64,000 nucleotides of DNA from Candidatus Poribacteria bacterium. Its GTDB lineage: Bacteria; Poribacteria; WGA-4E; PCPOR2b. Under the pieces are notes generated by a model. The model saw only the letters and a list, made by a program, of their open reading frames with translations, was not told the origin of the DNA and did not search any database. This document shows positions 1-10,254 of this stretch, in pieces (position 1 is the first letter of the stretch; the number at the start of each line of letters is the position of its first letter). The position numbers were made by a program, and so were the translations under genes. The stretch is from the NCBI GenBank assembly GCA_965218095.1, contig OZ244587.1, positions 4,992,001-5,056,000 of the forward strand, written 5' to 3'.

Positions 1-3000
1 AGACTCCAGATGAACGGGATAGGCATGGAGGCGAAGACTGTCACAGACGCAGACGGCGGCTATAGAGATGTTTTCCTCGATCTGTTAATGCCAGTGGCAG
101 CCACCGATAATATGTTGACGATTGACCTTTTACAAGAATCCACGGGATTCATTGGCCGTAGAGTGATCGAGTTGAGGTCCCAACAGGTCATTAGCCAGAA
201 CCAGCCACTGGCCGTTGAACCGATTATGCTTGTTCCCCCCACTTTGAAGCTGGGTGGGCTTTCGATAAATCCCGAATACGCATTGGGTAGAACAATCTTC
301 GGTATGTTGACTTCCATTATTAAAGACCTGGCCTCTGGCTTCCTACCACCGGGGGAGATGTTACCACCGGAATTGTTTGACCTACCGGGACTGTTGCCGG
401 ATCTGCCGGCGGGATTTGACTCAACTAACGATGAAATCGATATGGAGAACTTCGGCAACGCCATCACGCCCAAACCGATATGGCATGTCGTGATAGAGGA
501 TGAGCAGGCGGATCCCCGTCGATGGCTTAATGGAGATGCACTGAATCTGTATGTCATCGCTGGCCCGACTGCCAACAATGTGACCTTTATGCTCTCAGGG
601 TCGCACTCCGAAACTGTTGAAGCCGTTCGAGTAGGCCCTGGCGACACTTTTAAGCGTACCTTCCGGTTGGAAGAAGAGCTCGCAGCTATCTTCTTCCCAT
701 CAGGGGACATGCCGATCTTTTCATCAGCGACCTTGATGATGAACGGACAGCCGAGCCCTATGACATTGAATCAGATGGGGGTATGGGAAGCGGAAGCGTA
801 TCTCGCGCCCGGTTCCAAAGTCTCTTACTACTACCAAGTTGATTTTGCCAATCCGTATTCAGACCCACTAACGGGCGAAACTATATCTAGCTTGTCGGTA
901 CCTGATCTACGGAACCTACAACTTGAAGGGCTTGAAATTTTTGCAAACCTCCTCACAACGGCTCTCAACGCAGAGTTAGCATTAGATAATGTTCTCGATC
1001 CGCTCATCACGGCAATGGATCCAAAGATGGCGCTAAAGTTGATGTCTGTGTTTACCGTTCCGGAAGTAGATGAGTTACAATCCCTCTGGGTTGGCGGGTT
1101 CGATCTTACCGATGCTCCTGATGGAACGTATCAATTGGATACGGCTGTTGAATACGCAGGTAACTACGGAGATGAGATCACCGGCCAAATGTTTACTGTG
1201 GATCGGACAGCCCCCACAGCCGAAGCCATGCTAACTCTCGATATGCCCGGTGAGAACGCAAGCATGTATCAGCGCACCGATGGCGTCTATGTTGCCACAG
1301 CGGACCCGACCACTTCAGGGAACGCAACGTTAAACATCACGGCGACGCCAATGGGTGACCTATCCGATCTGGCGAGTTATCTGTCCCAGATAATTCCGTT
1401 AAACGACGACGGTATGCCGGCGGCCAATCAGATATGGCTTCCAGTGACGACGCTGGAGGGGCTGCCGTCGAACCAGATACCCATCCGCGATGAGATGGAT
1501 AATAGTCTAACGGGTAAATTTGGTCTTCGTACTATCGGTATTGATACTATCTTAAATGCCAGCTCCGACGCAGGTTCGTCGGTATCCGTGGATATCGTTC
1601 CCCCAGAGTCCGATATTGCTGAGGTGACCCGCGTGCAGGCCGATTACGACGGTGATGGCATGATGGACGGTCTCTTTGAAATGCAGTACGTACCCGATGG
1701 GGTGACAATCTTTTCAGACACGATGGTAATGCTTACCGTTGAAATTATGAAGCGTACCGCCCATCCATTGGAGTCGATCGTGGTCGAGTTCCAAATAAAC
1801 GGTGGTGACTGGCAACCCATCACTGTTTTCAGTGGAGCTACCCTTGTCAACGCCATGGGCGGAGATCAGTTTGACGTCATGTGGGACATCGGCGATTTTG
1901 AAACCCTTTCTGATATGAGGGACGGGGTGATGGTTCGCACCGTTGCGACCAACGCACTGCGCATCGAAGGTGAGTCAAGGGCAAACTTCGCGTACCAGCG
2001 TCGCCTATCACCTGAAATTGCTGCTGTTGGCGTTGAAGCGACAGACCTACACCCGGACAGCGGCGCGCCTCGTGGCGAAATCAAGATTCATGCGTTCACG
2101 CAGGGTCTTACCGCACCGCTCACAGCCGCGGTTCAGTTTGAGATTCGCCGTTCCCAAGATGCGATGTGGCAGCCCATTGGGACAGTCAACGCAGAAGATT
2201 CTACCACGACGAACCTTCGTGATCTGAGCGACCAAATTACTGTCATCGAAGATCTGGTTGATGCGGTTCTTGGGGGCGCTTCAAGCGCGGCAATTGCCCC
2301 ATTTTACCGGCTATGGTCTATCCCCTTGGATATCACCACCCTAGAAGATACCATCTTAGATGACAGTCCTGCTGAAGATGCCAACCCTTATGTTGTTCGA
2401 GCCATCGCTATTGATGTGGATGGCGCAGCGTATGAACCGGGAGAGGGCGCCAGAGAAGAATTTTCTGTGGACAACTTTTCTCCTATAAATATTATCGAAG
2501 TCACCAGTGAACTCGGTGTTGTTGATGCTGATGAAAACGGTATCTTCATCATTAGTGGTCTAGCTGACCCACAAGAGCAAGTTCTCGGCCCTATTGCAGT
2601 TCTTACCGCGTGGACTGGGGCGCATCCAGGGGGATTTCCAGGGGGAATGAAACTTTCCGCCAATATGCGCAATCCCGATGGAACACCTGGCGATTCAATG
2701 GATGTTGGTGATATTGGGTTTAGTTCATCAAGCAACTTTACATACACAGCAGAGATAGATTTAGGAATGCTTCCCAACGGAAGCTATCTCCTCCAGGCAG
2801 TGACGTTTGACGCAGATAGCAACCCGGAAGAGAGAAATGTCTCCATGTCAATTGGTGTTGATGTTGAGAATTTCATACCATCGGAAGATTTTGTTGTCGT
2901 CATTCCTGGGGAGGGTATTCCCCTCCTCCCAGACCCCGGGGTCGCTATTGTCTCCGTGATGAATCCGCGGTTCCCTGATATGGACAGAAGTGTGAGTGAA

Positions 3001-5145
3001 AATCGCACCGCATACCCAACAGGGTTCCCGGTTAAGGACATGTTTACCTTCACCCTGACCGTCCAGAATGTACGGGATGGTGAGATTGACGTCTTGATTG
3101 GTGATGAAGGGCGGTCCGCGCGTGAGGCAGGGGAGCTGACCATCGTACCACAGATGTCTGATGGGGGCATGACCTTCACCGTCACTCTTGATACCTCCCA
3201 ATTTTCTGAAGGTGGGTCTGTCCTGATAGGTGAGATTAACAAACAAAATGGTAGCGCTATATTCGGCCTGCCAGTCGTTAATATTGACAAGACTGGCCCC
3301 ACCGTTGCGATTTTATCACCGTTACCACAAAGGCAATTGAGCGCCCTGCCAACGATTCGTGGAACTTATGATGATGGTGATATGGGTGGCGGCATCGCTC
3401 CGGCTGACCTCATTGTTGACCTCATTGTAGCGATTAAATTGACTCGCTTGGTTGCCGAGGAAATGATTGACGCTGATCCAGCTAAGATTCACGTAACTCA
3501 AGCCACAGACGGTCAAATTTCAAGCGTGAAGGGTGATATTGTCTATACACGTGAAGAAGCTCTGCTAGGCGGCGCTTACCGCGCATCTATCACAGTGACA
3601 GACATTGCTGGAAATGAAGGCACAGCGGAAGTTGAATTCACAATAGAGGGAGGGGAGTTGGACACCACTCCTCCGGTGATTTCCGGGGCTTCTCCACAAG
3701 GTACGATCAAAGACTTTTCGGCGGCACTCTCCGCGCGGGTGATGGACGAAGAATCTGACATCACGCGGGTTACAATTTCCCTGAATGGTGACGACCCCAA
3801 GGAAGTATCAATCCCTGACGCGAGCCGTGATATAACCGCGAGCCGTGATGCGAAGTTTGGGCGTGGGACACACAGTGCAACACTCGTTGCGGAAAGTGCT
3901 GGCGGCGTCAAAACCCATACGTGGACATTTACAGTTGTGTTGGATAGTACCCCTCCAGTGATTTCTGCTGTTGCACCCCAAGGTCTTGTCAGAAAAGACT
4001 CAGTAACGCTTTCCGCAGTTGTGGTGGATGCAGAATCTGAGGTTACAAGTGTCACACTTGCACTCGACGGTAAAAGCGCTGAAAAGGTAAGGACACCGAC
4101 ACGCCGAGGCGGAGGCGTACTCCGTACTGAAAAAGGACTGAGTGAGGGCGTTCATAAGGTGACAATTGCTGCAGAGAGTCAAGGCGGCACTTCAACCCAC
4201 ACATGGACATTTACGGTTGATTTAGACGTGGCGCCGCCGGTAATCACGTCGACTGCCCCTTCTGGGACCGTCCGCACTGAAAAACCGGTGATTTCCGTAT
4301 CCGCAACCGATGATCGCTCCGGTATTCGTGAGATTATCGTCGTTGTTACCAACAGCACGGGAACCGCTCTTGTTACCAACAGCCGCCTGGGCGTTGCAGA
4401 GACGGACAGCAATCAGACCTACATTAGCTGGACACCGAGAACAGCGCTCAAAGAGGATACCTACACTGTTCGTGCTACCGTTAGAGACAACAGTAAGAAT
4501 GAAGCGTCCGCGAGTTGGAATTTCACCGTCGAATTTGACAAGATTCCACCGAGCGTCACCATTGTCGGTCCCCCACAGGAAGCCCGCATGCTGGAACGCA
4601 AACCGATGATTTCGGCGGCCTACACCGATAGTGTGTCGGGGGTTGATAAGGACTCGGTCAAACTCTGGTTTGACAGCGATCGTATTCCCTCGTATCGATT
4701 GACCGCAACTGCAAGTCAGGTTACGTTTAAGCCCTCAAAAGAGCTTGATGTGGGACGGCACACCGTCAAAATCGAAGTCTCCGACTTGGCGAAGCCTAAG
4801 TCCAACACAACGACTCAGGAGTGGAGTTTCATTGTCGAAAGTGAGGAGGGAATTGTAAATCCAAGGAACTACCCAAATCCATTTGTTGATGGGACTACGA
4901 TTGTTCTTACCCTCTCAAAGCAAGCAACCATAACTGTTGAGATTTACGATATTACGTCGCGGCTTGTCAGACAACTTGCCCAGGATGAACTGTGGGAGGC
5001 AGGTCCAGTAGCGTTCCTGTGGGATGGCAAGACAGCAGAGGGCGAGGCGCTGTCTAGAGGCGTTTACTTCTGCCAGATTACCATGCATAGTGATCTCAAG
5101 CCACAAACTGCTGTTTTGAAGATGGCATTGATACGTAACGAATAA
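1..5145 (+). CDS. Very large secreted/surface protein with multiple bacterial Ig-like repeats and C-terminal FlgD-Ig/T9SS type A sorting-like domain (5' end lies outside the window)
   Basis: Frame is open from base 1. Repeated D(T)TPPVIS...H...WTFTV Ig-like units. C-terminus NYPNPF...VEIYDITSRLVRQL...WDGKT..GE.LSRGVYF. Confidence 0.85.
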   Translation, partial: RLQMNGIGMEAKTVTDADGGYRDVFLDLLMPVAATDNMLTIDLLQESTGFIGRRVIELRSQQVISQNQPLAVEPIMLVPPTLKLGGLSINPEYALGRTIFGMLTSIIKDLASGFLPPGEMLPPELFDLPGLLPDLPAGFDSTNDEIDMENFGNAITPKPIWHVVIEDEQADPRRWLNGDALNLYVIAGPTANNVTFMLSGSHSETVEAVRVGPGDTFKRTFRLEEELAAIFFPSGDMPIFSSATLMMNGQPSPMTLNQMGVWEAEAYLAPGSKVSYYYQVDFANPYSDPLTGETISSLSVPDLRNLQLEGLEIFANLLTTALNAELALDNVLDPLITAMDPKMALKLMSVFTVPEVDELQSLWVGGFDLTDAPDGTYQLDTAVEYAGNYGDEITGQMFTVDRTAPTAEAMLTLDMPGENASMYQRTDGVYVATADPTTSGNATLNITATPMGDLSDLASYLSQIIPLNDDGMPAANQIWLPVTTLEGLPSNQIPIRDEMDNSLTGKFGLRTIGIDTILNASSDAGSSVSVDIVPPESDIAEVTRVQADYDGDGMMDGLFEMQYVPDGVTIFSDTMVMLTVEIMKRTAHPLESIVVEFQINGGDWQPITVFSGATLVNAMGGDQFDVMWDIGDFETLSDMRDGVMVRTVATNALRIEGESRANFAYQRRLSPEIAAVGVEATDLHPDSGAPRGEIKIHAFTQGLTAPLTAAVQFEIRRSQDAMWQPIGTVNAEDSTTTNLRDLSDQITVIEDLVDAVLGGASSAAIAPFYRLWSIPLDITTLEDTILDDSPAEDANPYVVRAIAIDVDGAAYEPGEGAREEFSVDNFSPINIIEVTSELGVVDADENGIFIISGLADPQEQVLGPIAVLTAWTGAHPGGFPGGMKLSANMRNPDGTPGDSMDVGDIGFSSSSNFTYTAEIDLGMLPNGSYLLQAVTFDADSNPEERNVSMSIGVDVENFIPSEDFVVVIPGEGIPLLPDPGVAIVSVMNPRFPDMDRSVSENRTAYPTGFPVKDMFTFTLTVQNVRDGEIDVLIGDEGRSAREAGELTIVPQMSDGGMTFTVTLDTSQFSEGGSVLIGEINKQNGSAIFGLPVVNIDKTGPTVAILSPLPQRQLSALPTIRGTYDDGDMGGGIAPADLIVDLIVAIKLTRLVAEEMIDADPAKIHVTQATDGQISSVKGDIVYTREEALLGGAYRASITVTDIAGNEGTAEVEFTIEGGELDTTPPVISGASPQGTIKDFSAALSARVMDEESDITRVTISLNGDDPKEVSIPDASRDITASRDAKFGRGTHSATLVAESAGGVKTHTWTFTVVLDSTPPVISAVAPQGLVRKDSVTLSAVVVDAESEVTSVTLALDGKSAEKVRTPTRRGGGVLRTEKGLSEGVHKVTIAAESQGGTSTHTWTFTVDLDVAPPVITSTAPSGTVRTEKPVISVSATDDRSGIREIIVVVTNSTGTALVTNSRLGVAETDSNQTYISWTPRTALKEDTYTVRATVRDNSKNEASASWNFTVEFDKIPPSVTIVGPPQEARMLERKPMISAAYTDSVSGVDKDSVKLWFDSDRIPSYRLTATASQVTFKPSKELDVGRHTVKIEVSDLAKPKSNTTTQEWSFIVESEEGIVNPRNYPNPFVDGTTIVLTLSKQATITVEIYDITSRLVRQLAQDELWEAGPVAFLWDGKTAEGEALSRGVYFCQITMHSDLKPQTAVLKMALIRNE

Positions 5146-5154
5146 AACGCCATG

Positions 5155-5200
5155 ATGTTTCCTGGCTCGTGAATCAACAAGGTTACGGGCCAGGAGACAT
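5155..5200 (+). terminator. Strong intergenic stem-loop (terminator or processing hairpin)
   Basis: atgtttcctggctcgtgaa pairs with ttacgggccaggagacat; no clear U-tract. Confidence 0.4.
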
Positions 5201-5258
5201 GTTGCGGTATGCGTAGGGCATAACATATCACGTTTTACCCCTTAAAAAGGAGGAGATA

Positions 5259-6200
5259 ATGTTTCAAATTAAGCGCAAATTGCTGTTTGGTTCAATAGGG
5301 CTTTTTGTTCTCCTATTTTCTTTTGCACCAGTCTGCTTCGCTGAAATTAACGCGGCGCCGCATTTAGGTATTGGCGCTGGTGCCCGAGCGCTTGGATTGG
5401 GTGGCGCATTTACAGCAATCGCTGACGATGCAACATCAACGATTTGGAATCCGGCGGGCTTGCCGTCAGTTGAAGATTTAACGATTACCGTCTCCACTGC
5501 AAAGTTGTCTTTTGATAGAAACCACAACTTCATCGGGATTGTCAAGAAACTCAGCGATAAAAGGGCATTAGGATTCTCAGTGATAAATGTGGGTGTAGAT
5601 GATATACCTCGCCGCAATAACCGAGATAGGGCAGGCGATCCCTTTAACTTCACTTCAAATGCTTTTGCGCTGTCTTTTGGCGTGGCTATTGGGCATTTTG
5701 GTATCGGGGCCAGCGGCCGCCTCCTAACCGATAGCTTTGGGATGGATGATGTTGATGGTTCAAGCGAAAGTGGTTTCGGTGGCGTGGATGTGGGAGTTCT
5801 CGCACACGCCTATTCCAATACTCTCAGTTTTGGAGCTGCAGTCAAAAATCTTGGCGGTTCAATCGCCGGCAACGACATTCCTGTTCTCTTGAATGGGGGC
5901 GTCGCATTTAAGGTTCTTCGGAAGCACGTTGCGACCTTCTCCGCTGATGTTGAACATGAGATTGTAGATTTGGCAGAAAGTACAACCGGCCTCCGTATCG
6001 GTGCTGAATACCTGATCGCGGATATGTTTGCCATTAGGGGCGGAGGGAGAGCAACAAAAGATCGCCGCAGTCTGTTCGTTGGATTTGGCGTCAATGTCGG
6101 TGGGCTTCAACTCGATTATGCCTTGAAAGCTGGCGATGACGCTGTTCATAAACTTGATGATGACAATACGCATTTTGTATCATTGTCTTATAGCTATTAA
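5259..6200 (+). CDS. PorV/PorQ-family outer-membrane beta-barrel protein
   Basis: Signal peptide; GAGARALGLGGAFTAIADDATSTIWNPAGL motif; LDYA...THFVSLSYSY C-terminal beta strand; AGGAGG RBS. Confidence 0.85.
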   Translation: MFQIKRKLLFGSIGLFVLLFSFAPVCFAEINAAPHLGIGAGARALGLGGAFTAIADDATSTIWNPAGLPSVEDLTITVSTAKLSFDRNHNFIGIVKKLSDKRALGFSVINVGVDDIPRRNNRDRAGDPFNFTSNAFALSFGVAIGHFGIGASGRLLTDSFGMDDVDGSSESGFGGVDVGVLAHAYSNTLSFGAAVKNLGGSIAGNDIPVLLNGGVAFKVLRKHVATFSADVEHEIVDLAESTTGLRIGAEYLIADMFAIRGGGRATKDRRSLFVGFGVNVGGLQLDYALKAGDDAVHKLDDDNTHFVSLSYSY

Positions 6201-6310
6201 TTCTCCGATGTACCAAGAGAATACTTCATATGAGGTGTGACATATTGCGCTTCATGTCTTATCAAATGATTCAACTTTTAACAACCTGATTCTACAAAGG
6301 AGAATATCCC

Positions 6311-7216
6311 ATGAACATGATGAAACTCCTCTTTCGCCTGTCGCTTATCCTTTATATCTGTATGTTTTTGACCGGGGCGCCGTTTGTTTTATCTGCTTCT
6401 GCCAAAATTACGCCGAAACCGAACATGGAAGGTACGAAGCTGATTATGATTGTAAAGGGCGATACCTTGTGGGATCTCGCTGGCAAACATATGAATAATC
6501 CATTTGTATGGGAGGACTTTAAGGAGTACAACGACTTTACGGATCCGGATTTGATTTATCCTGGCGAAAGCCTAAAACTCCCTAGCAAATTTATGTTGCC
6601 ACAAGATACAGCCGAAGCCATGGTAGAAGCCGAAATGGAAATGGCTGATGCGTTTATGACGAATGCCGACATTGAGGCTATCAAGACAGAGTTGGAAGAG
6701 GCTATCAAGACAGAGTTGGAAAGATCCGGCGCCGAGTTGACTTCTACGAGAGAGGCAATCCTTGGTCTCAAAAGCCAAATTGGAGAACTGATCAAGCAGA
6801 ATCAAATGCTTCAAAGCAATGTCCAGCAGTTACAAAATGGTCTCAATAATATGGAGATGCCAATAATGCCAATGAGCGACGCCGAAACCATGGAAGCCGT
6901 TGGCCGACTCAACGAAATGTTGATGAACCAAGCGGAAGCCAGCAAGATGGAGATTATGCAGGTTGGCAGCCGTATTAACAAGTTACAAGCAGGACTCAAT
7001 GAAATTGGCGAAACTCAGAAACAACAGGGCCGTGGCATAGATGCACTTAATGTCACCGCAAAATCGATCATGGGGGGGGTTGAGATGAACGCCAAGCTCT
7101 TAGGCAAGTGGGAAGAGCCGAGTACGAGTAAGTCGAAACGCGCCCTTGCCCTTCTGACAGCCGTGGCTGGAGGAACTGCTTGGTTTGTTGTCAATGCGAT
7201 AGACAGTTCGGACTAA
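6311..7216 (+). CDS. LysM-domain protein with coiled-coil and C-terminal hydrophobic segment
   Basis: Signal peptide; IVKGDTLWDLAGK...NPFVWE...PDLIYPGESLKLP LysM domain; heptad-rich middle. Confidence 0.8.
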   Translation: MNMMKLLFRLSLILYICMFLTGAPFVLSASAKITPKPNMEGTKLIMIVKGDTLWDLAGKHMNNPFVWEDFKEYNDFTDPDLIYPGESLKLPSKFMLPQDTAEAMVEAEMEMADAFMTNADIEAIKTELEEAIKTELERSGAELTSTREAILGLKSQIGELIKQNQMLQSNVQQLQNGLNNMEMPIMPMSDAETMEAVGRLNEMLMNQAEASKMEIMQVGSRINKLQAGLNEIGETQKQQGRGIDALNVTAKSIMGGVEMNAKLLGKWEEPSTSKSKRALALLTAVAGGTAWFVVNAIDSSD

Positions 7217-7248
7217 CTCTTTTTCAACGGGTTACCTTTTACATTTCA

Positions 7249-7316
7249 GCAGGGAAAATGTTTGAGCCGGTTTTCTTTTTTAGGATTCCTCCTCAAGCAC
7301 GATCCCTGCTTTTTTT
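7249..7316 (+). terminator. Rho-independent terminator
   Basis: gcaggga/tccctgc and tgtttgag/ctcaagca stems followed by a T-run. Confidence 0.55.
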
Positions 7317-7399
7317 ATTTTTCGTGTACAGATCCCCCCTAATTTTCGCTAATGGGTTGATGGGTTGCTTCAGGAAAGAATTGGTGCGAGCACAAATGT

Positions 7400-8002
7400 A
7401 TGAGCGATTCTGAACGATTTCACCACACAATTGATCGCCTTATCGAGTTGTACGGCGACCGCACCGAGGGAATCGGAGACGAGATCCGCGCCGGATTTGC
7501 TTGGATACAGGACACGAGGTTCGTTCTGATAGCAGGACATGCACAGCAGCCATCGAATTGGCGTCGTGTATTGCGGTTGTTCGACCTGGCTCAACAATTC
7601 AGGCGTCCAGTACTATTGTGGGATCTTTCGCTCCAAGTTGCACCGACAGATTCAAACTCCACTCTGCTAAGTCAGAATACAATCCAAAACAGCCAGTTGC
7701 GGCTGTTGAAGCTGTCGGCGCCAATCATTCGTGTTTTTGATAGGTTGGCTAGGGACTCACTCGGATCAGATTTAGCGATGGTTGATGCGGCTGTCCTCGT
7801 GGATGCCGAGAACGGAAATCAACAGCATTCGTCCATTTCGATGGGTGAAAACTTGCCTGTGCTGGTAAAGATCCGGGGTGATTCGTCCGACATCAAGTTG
7901 CATATTTTAGAAGCGCTGGATCAAATTTCGACAACGCCCGTCGAAACTTTGATTCAGCATCGAATCGATCGGGTATATAACATCGCCGAGCAAAATTATT
8001 GA
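7400..8002 (+). CDS. Degenerate AccA-like protein (carboxyltransferase alpha fold)
   Basis: ELYGDR...AGFAWI...RRVLRLFDLAQQFRRPVLLWD resembles AccA ELHGDR...GGIARL...RKALRLMEMAERF.MPIITFID; lacks DTPGAYPG and GEGGSGGA. Confidence 0.6.
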   Translation: MSDSERFHHTIDRLIELYGDRTEGIGDEIRAGFAWIQDTRFVLIAGHAQQPSNWRRVLRLFDLAQQFRRPVLLWDLSLQVAPTDSNSTLLSQNTIQNSQLRLLKLSAPIIRVFDRLARDSLGSDLAMVDAAVLVDAENGNQQHSSISMGENLPVLVKIRGDSSDIKLHILEALDQISTTPVETLIQHRIDRVYNIAEQNY

Positions 8003-8129
8003 TTTCTAGCTGAGTTTATGCTAAACTTAATTTCACGATTCAAGAAACACGCTTGTGAAAGTCAAGGTTGGGCAGATCGCTTGCCCCCAGATTGCGCCTC
8101 CCCTGAAATATAGACAACGGATTTCATTC

Positions 8130-8756
8130 ATGTTTGAAGTTAAGCTAAGATCCAAAGTCGGGACGATACTCTCCCCCATTGCAGCGAAAATTGTATCACT
8201 CGGTATTACTGCGAATATGATCACGCTGCTCGGTTTGCTTGTGAGTCTGGTTGCCGCTTTTTGTTTGGCGACTGGACGGCTCGCATCGGCAGGGTTGTTA
8301 ATTTTAGTTGGAGCGAGTTTCGATATGATAGATGGCGCCGTTGCACGCGCCGAAACAATGACTAACTCGTCGGGGGCGTTACTAGATTCAGTGATCGATC
8401 GGTATTCAGAAGCAGTTATATTTCTGGGAGCCTTGATCTATTTTTATCATTTACCGAACTTCTCGGGGGTTATACTGGTTTTCGCCGCAGTGATTGGGTC
8501 GATACTTGTCAGCTATGTTCGTGCCAGAGCGGAAGGTCTTCAGATTGAGTGCAAGGTAGGACTGATGCAGCGTCCTGAGAGGGTTATTTTATTGGTGTTA
8601 GGCGTTTTGGCGCAAGGAGTTATCCCAGATAAATATGCATTTCTACAATCAAACGGCCTCATCCTCCTCGGTGTGTTTGCAATTCTTGCCGTAACTGCTC
8701 ATATCACCGCTATCTATCGACTCGTCTTCACTTTCCACGAACTGAGTGATCGTTGA
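8130..8756 (+). CDS. CDP-alcohol phosphatidyltransferase family protein
   Basis: ANMIT...DMIDGAVAR...GALLDSVIDRYSE signature; LVSYVRARAEG; RPER. Confidence 0.92.
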   Translation: MFEVKLRSKVGTILSPIAAKIVSLGITANMITLLGLLVSLVAAFCLATGRLASAGLLILVGASFDMIDGAVARAETMTNSSGALLDSVIDRYSEAVIFLGALIYFYHLPNFSGVILVFAAVIGSILVSYVRARAEGLQIECKVGLMQRPERVILLVLGVLAQGVIPDKYAFLQSNGLILLGVFAILAVTAHITAIYRLVFTFHELSDR

Positions 8757-8802
8757 GTTCACCATTGAATTCAGTGTGAGGGCGTCATCTTAACGAAGAG
8801 GG

Positions 8803-9054
8803 GTGAAAAAAATGTGTGAGAAAGTCCAGAAAACCAAATATGGCAATAAACAACCTGTTTCAATTGCCATCAAGCCGGGAAGCTATGAAGAGTATCTGTG
8901 GAAGCATCCAGAAGAATTGAGACATATTCTATTAGAACATGGTGTAGATCCAGACGACGACAGTACATTAGGGGTTATTAATATTGGCAAGGGTAAGAAG
9001 GATTTCTCTCCAAAAGAGAATCCACGAAGCAAAGCGGTACATTCGGATTCTTGA
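8803..9054 (+). CDS. Small hypothetical protein (possible antitoxin partner of the downstream gene)
   Basis: 83-aa ORF with GAGG RBS, overlapping the next ORF. Confidence 0.5.
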   Translation: MKKMCEKVQKTKYGNKQPVSIAIKPGSYEEYLWKHPEELRHILLEHGVDPDDDSTLGVINIGKGKKDFSPKENPRSKAVHSDS

Positions 9055-9560
9055 GGGAAGAATTTATCGATACTTGGATATTATCGATTGCGTCGATCGA
9101 ATCACTACACGAATTATTTCTCGTGACGGTACCGGCAGAATCTACATGCCGTCACAGAATATCTTTGAATGCCTGCATCCCTCGTCGCCGGCACAAGGGA
9201 TTGTTTTCCGTGACGGTTCTTTTCTGACGTTTAAGGAAATCTTTCGTTACAGCTATCCATCAGAAGATGCGCCTGAACCGATCATTGTCCGTAGCGAATA
9301 CAGCTTTCATTATCAGACGCCGGTGCGACATTTCTTCTTCCGCTATGACTTCCATCCCCAACTCGGCGATCCGTTGACTCATCTGCTCCATCATTTCATC
9401 TGCTCCATCATCTCAGCCGCTCCATCATCTCCATGCCGGTGGTTGGCTCGCGGAAACCGATTCTTTACCCTCCATTCCGCGTTTTCCCTCCGTTGAAATG
9501 ACACTCGGTGAGGTGTTAGATCTCATTCGCGTCAACTACTTTTTTCTGATCCCCGTTTGA
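8984..9560 (+). pseudogene. DUF6516/TumE-like protein frameshifted by a 17-bp repeat expansion
   Basis: EYSFHYQ...FFFRYDFHP motif. Three 17-bp units at 9379-9429; with a single unit the frame reads ..LHHLHAGG...MTLGEVLDLIRVNYFFLIPV* (stop at 9560). Confidence 0.6.
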
Positions 9561-9576
9561 TTTGATATAACATCTC

Positions 9577-10254
9577 TCACATCGTCTCCGGCTGACGCTT
9601 GCGGATCAAACTCGGAATTAGCGAAACCAGAACGATGACAACGCCGGCGCCAGCGAGGTAGATCAACGTCTTTTTGATATCCCCTTCGCCGACGTTCACT
9701 GCGGCGCCCAATTGGACGTAGGCTGCGGTGCCGGGCAACATGCAGATCCATGAAACGAGAGCATAAGTAGGAAACCGGATATTCGTGAGTCCATAGGCGT
9801 AGTTCTGCAAATTAAACGGAAAAATCGGGATGAGCCGCGTGATCATCAACATCCGCCAACCCTGCTTCTCCACCCCCAAGTCGATCCGCCGGAATTGTCT
9901 ATTGCCCTCGACCCATCCTGCAACCATGCCACGAGCGACATAACGGGCAATGAGAAACGCGCATGAGACGCCGATGACCGATCCGATTGAAGCGTAGACG
10001 ACGCCCCAGATTGGGCCGAAGGCAAGACCAGAGAGTAGCGTGATCGGCAAACCTGGCAGAAAGAAAACGGTTGCGATAATATAAAAACCGATGTACACCA
10101 GAGGCGCAATCGCGCCGAAGCTATTGATCTTCTCTTTGATTTTGGGGATGTTGTCCCGAGTGAGATATTCGGTGATGCCGTAATGTTTCAGGACGCTATA
10201 CACAGCAACAATCACGACGATGGCGATAATGCTCTTCAAAAGATTCTTGTACAT
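9577..10254 (-). CDS. TVP38/TMEM64 (DedA/VTT domain) membrane protein
   Basis: GLAFGPIWG; RLIPIFPFNLQNYAYGLT; MLPGT. Confidence 0.92.
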   Translation of the reverse strand: MYKNLLKSIIAIVVIVAVYSVLKHYGITEYLTRDNIPKIKEKINSFGAIAPLVYIGFYIIATVFFLPGLPITLLSGLAFGPIWGVVYASIGSVIGVSCAFLIARYVARGMVAGWVEGNRQFRRIDLGVEKQGWRMLMITRLIPIFPFNLQNYAYGLTNIRFPTYALVSWICMLPGTAAYVQLGAAVNVGEGDIKKTLIYLAGAGVVIVLVSLIPSLIRKRQPETM

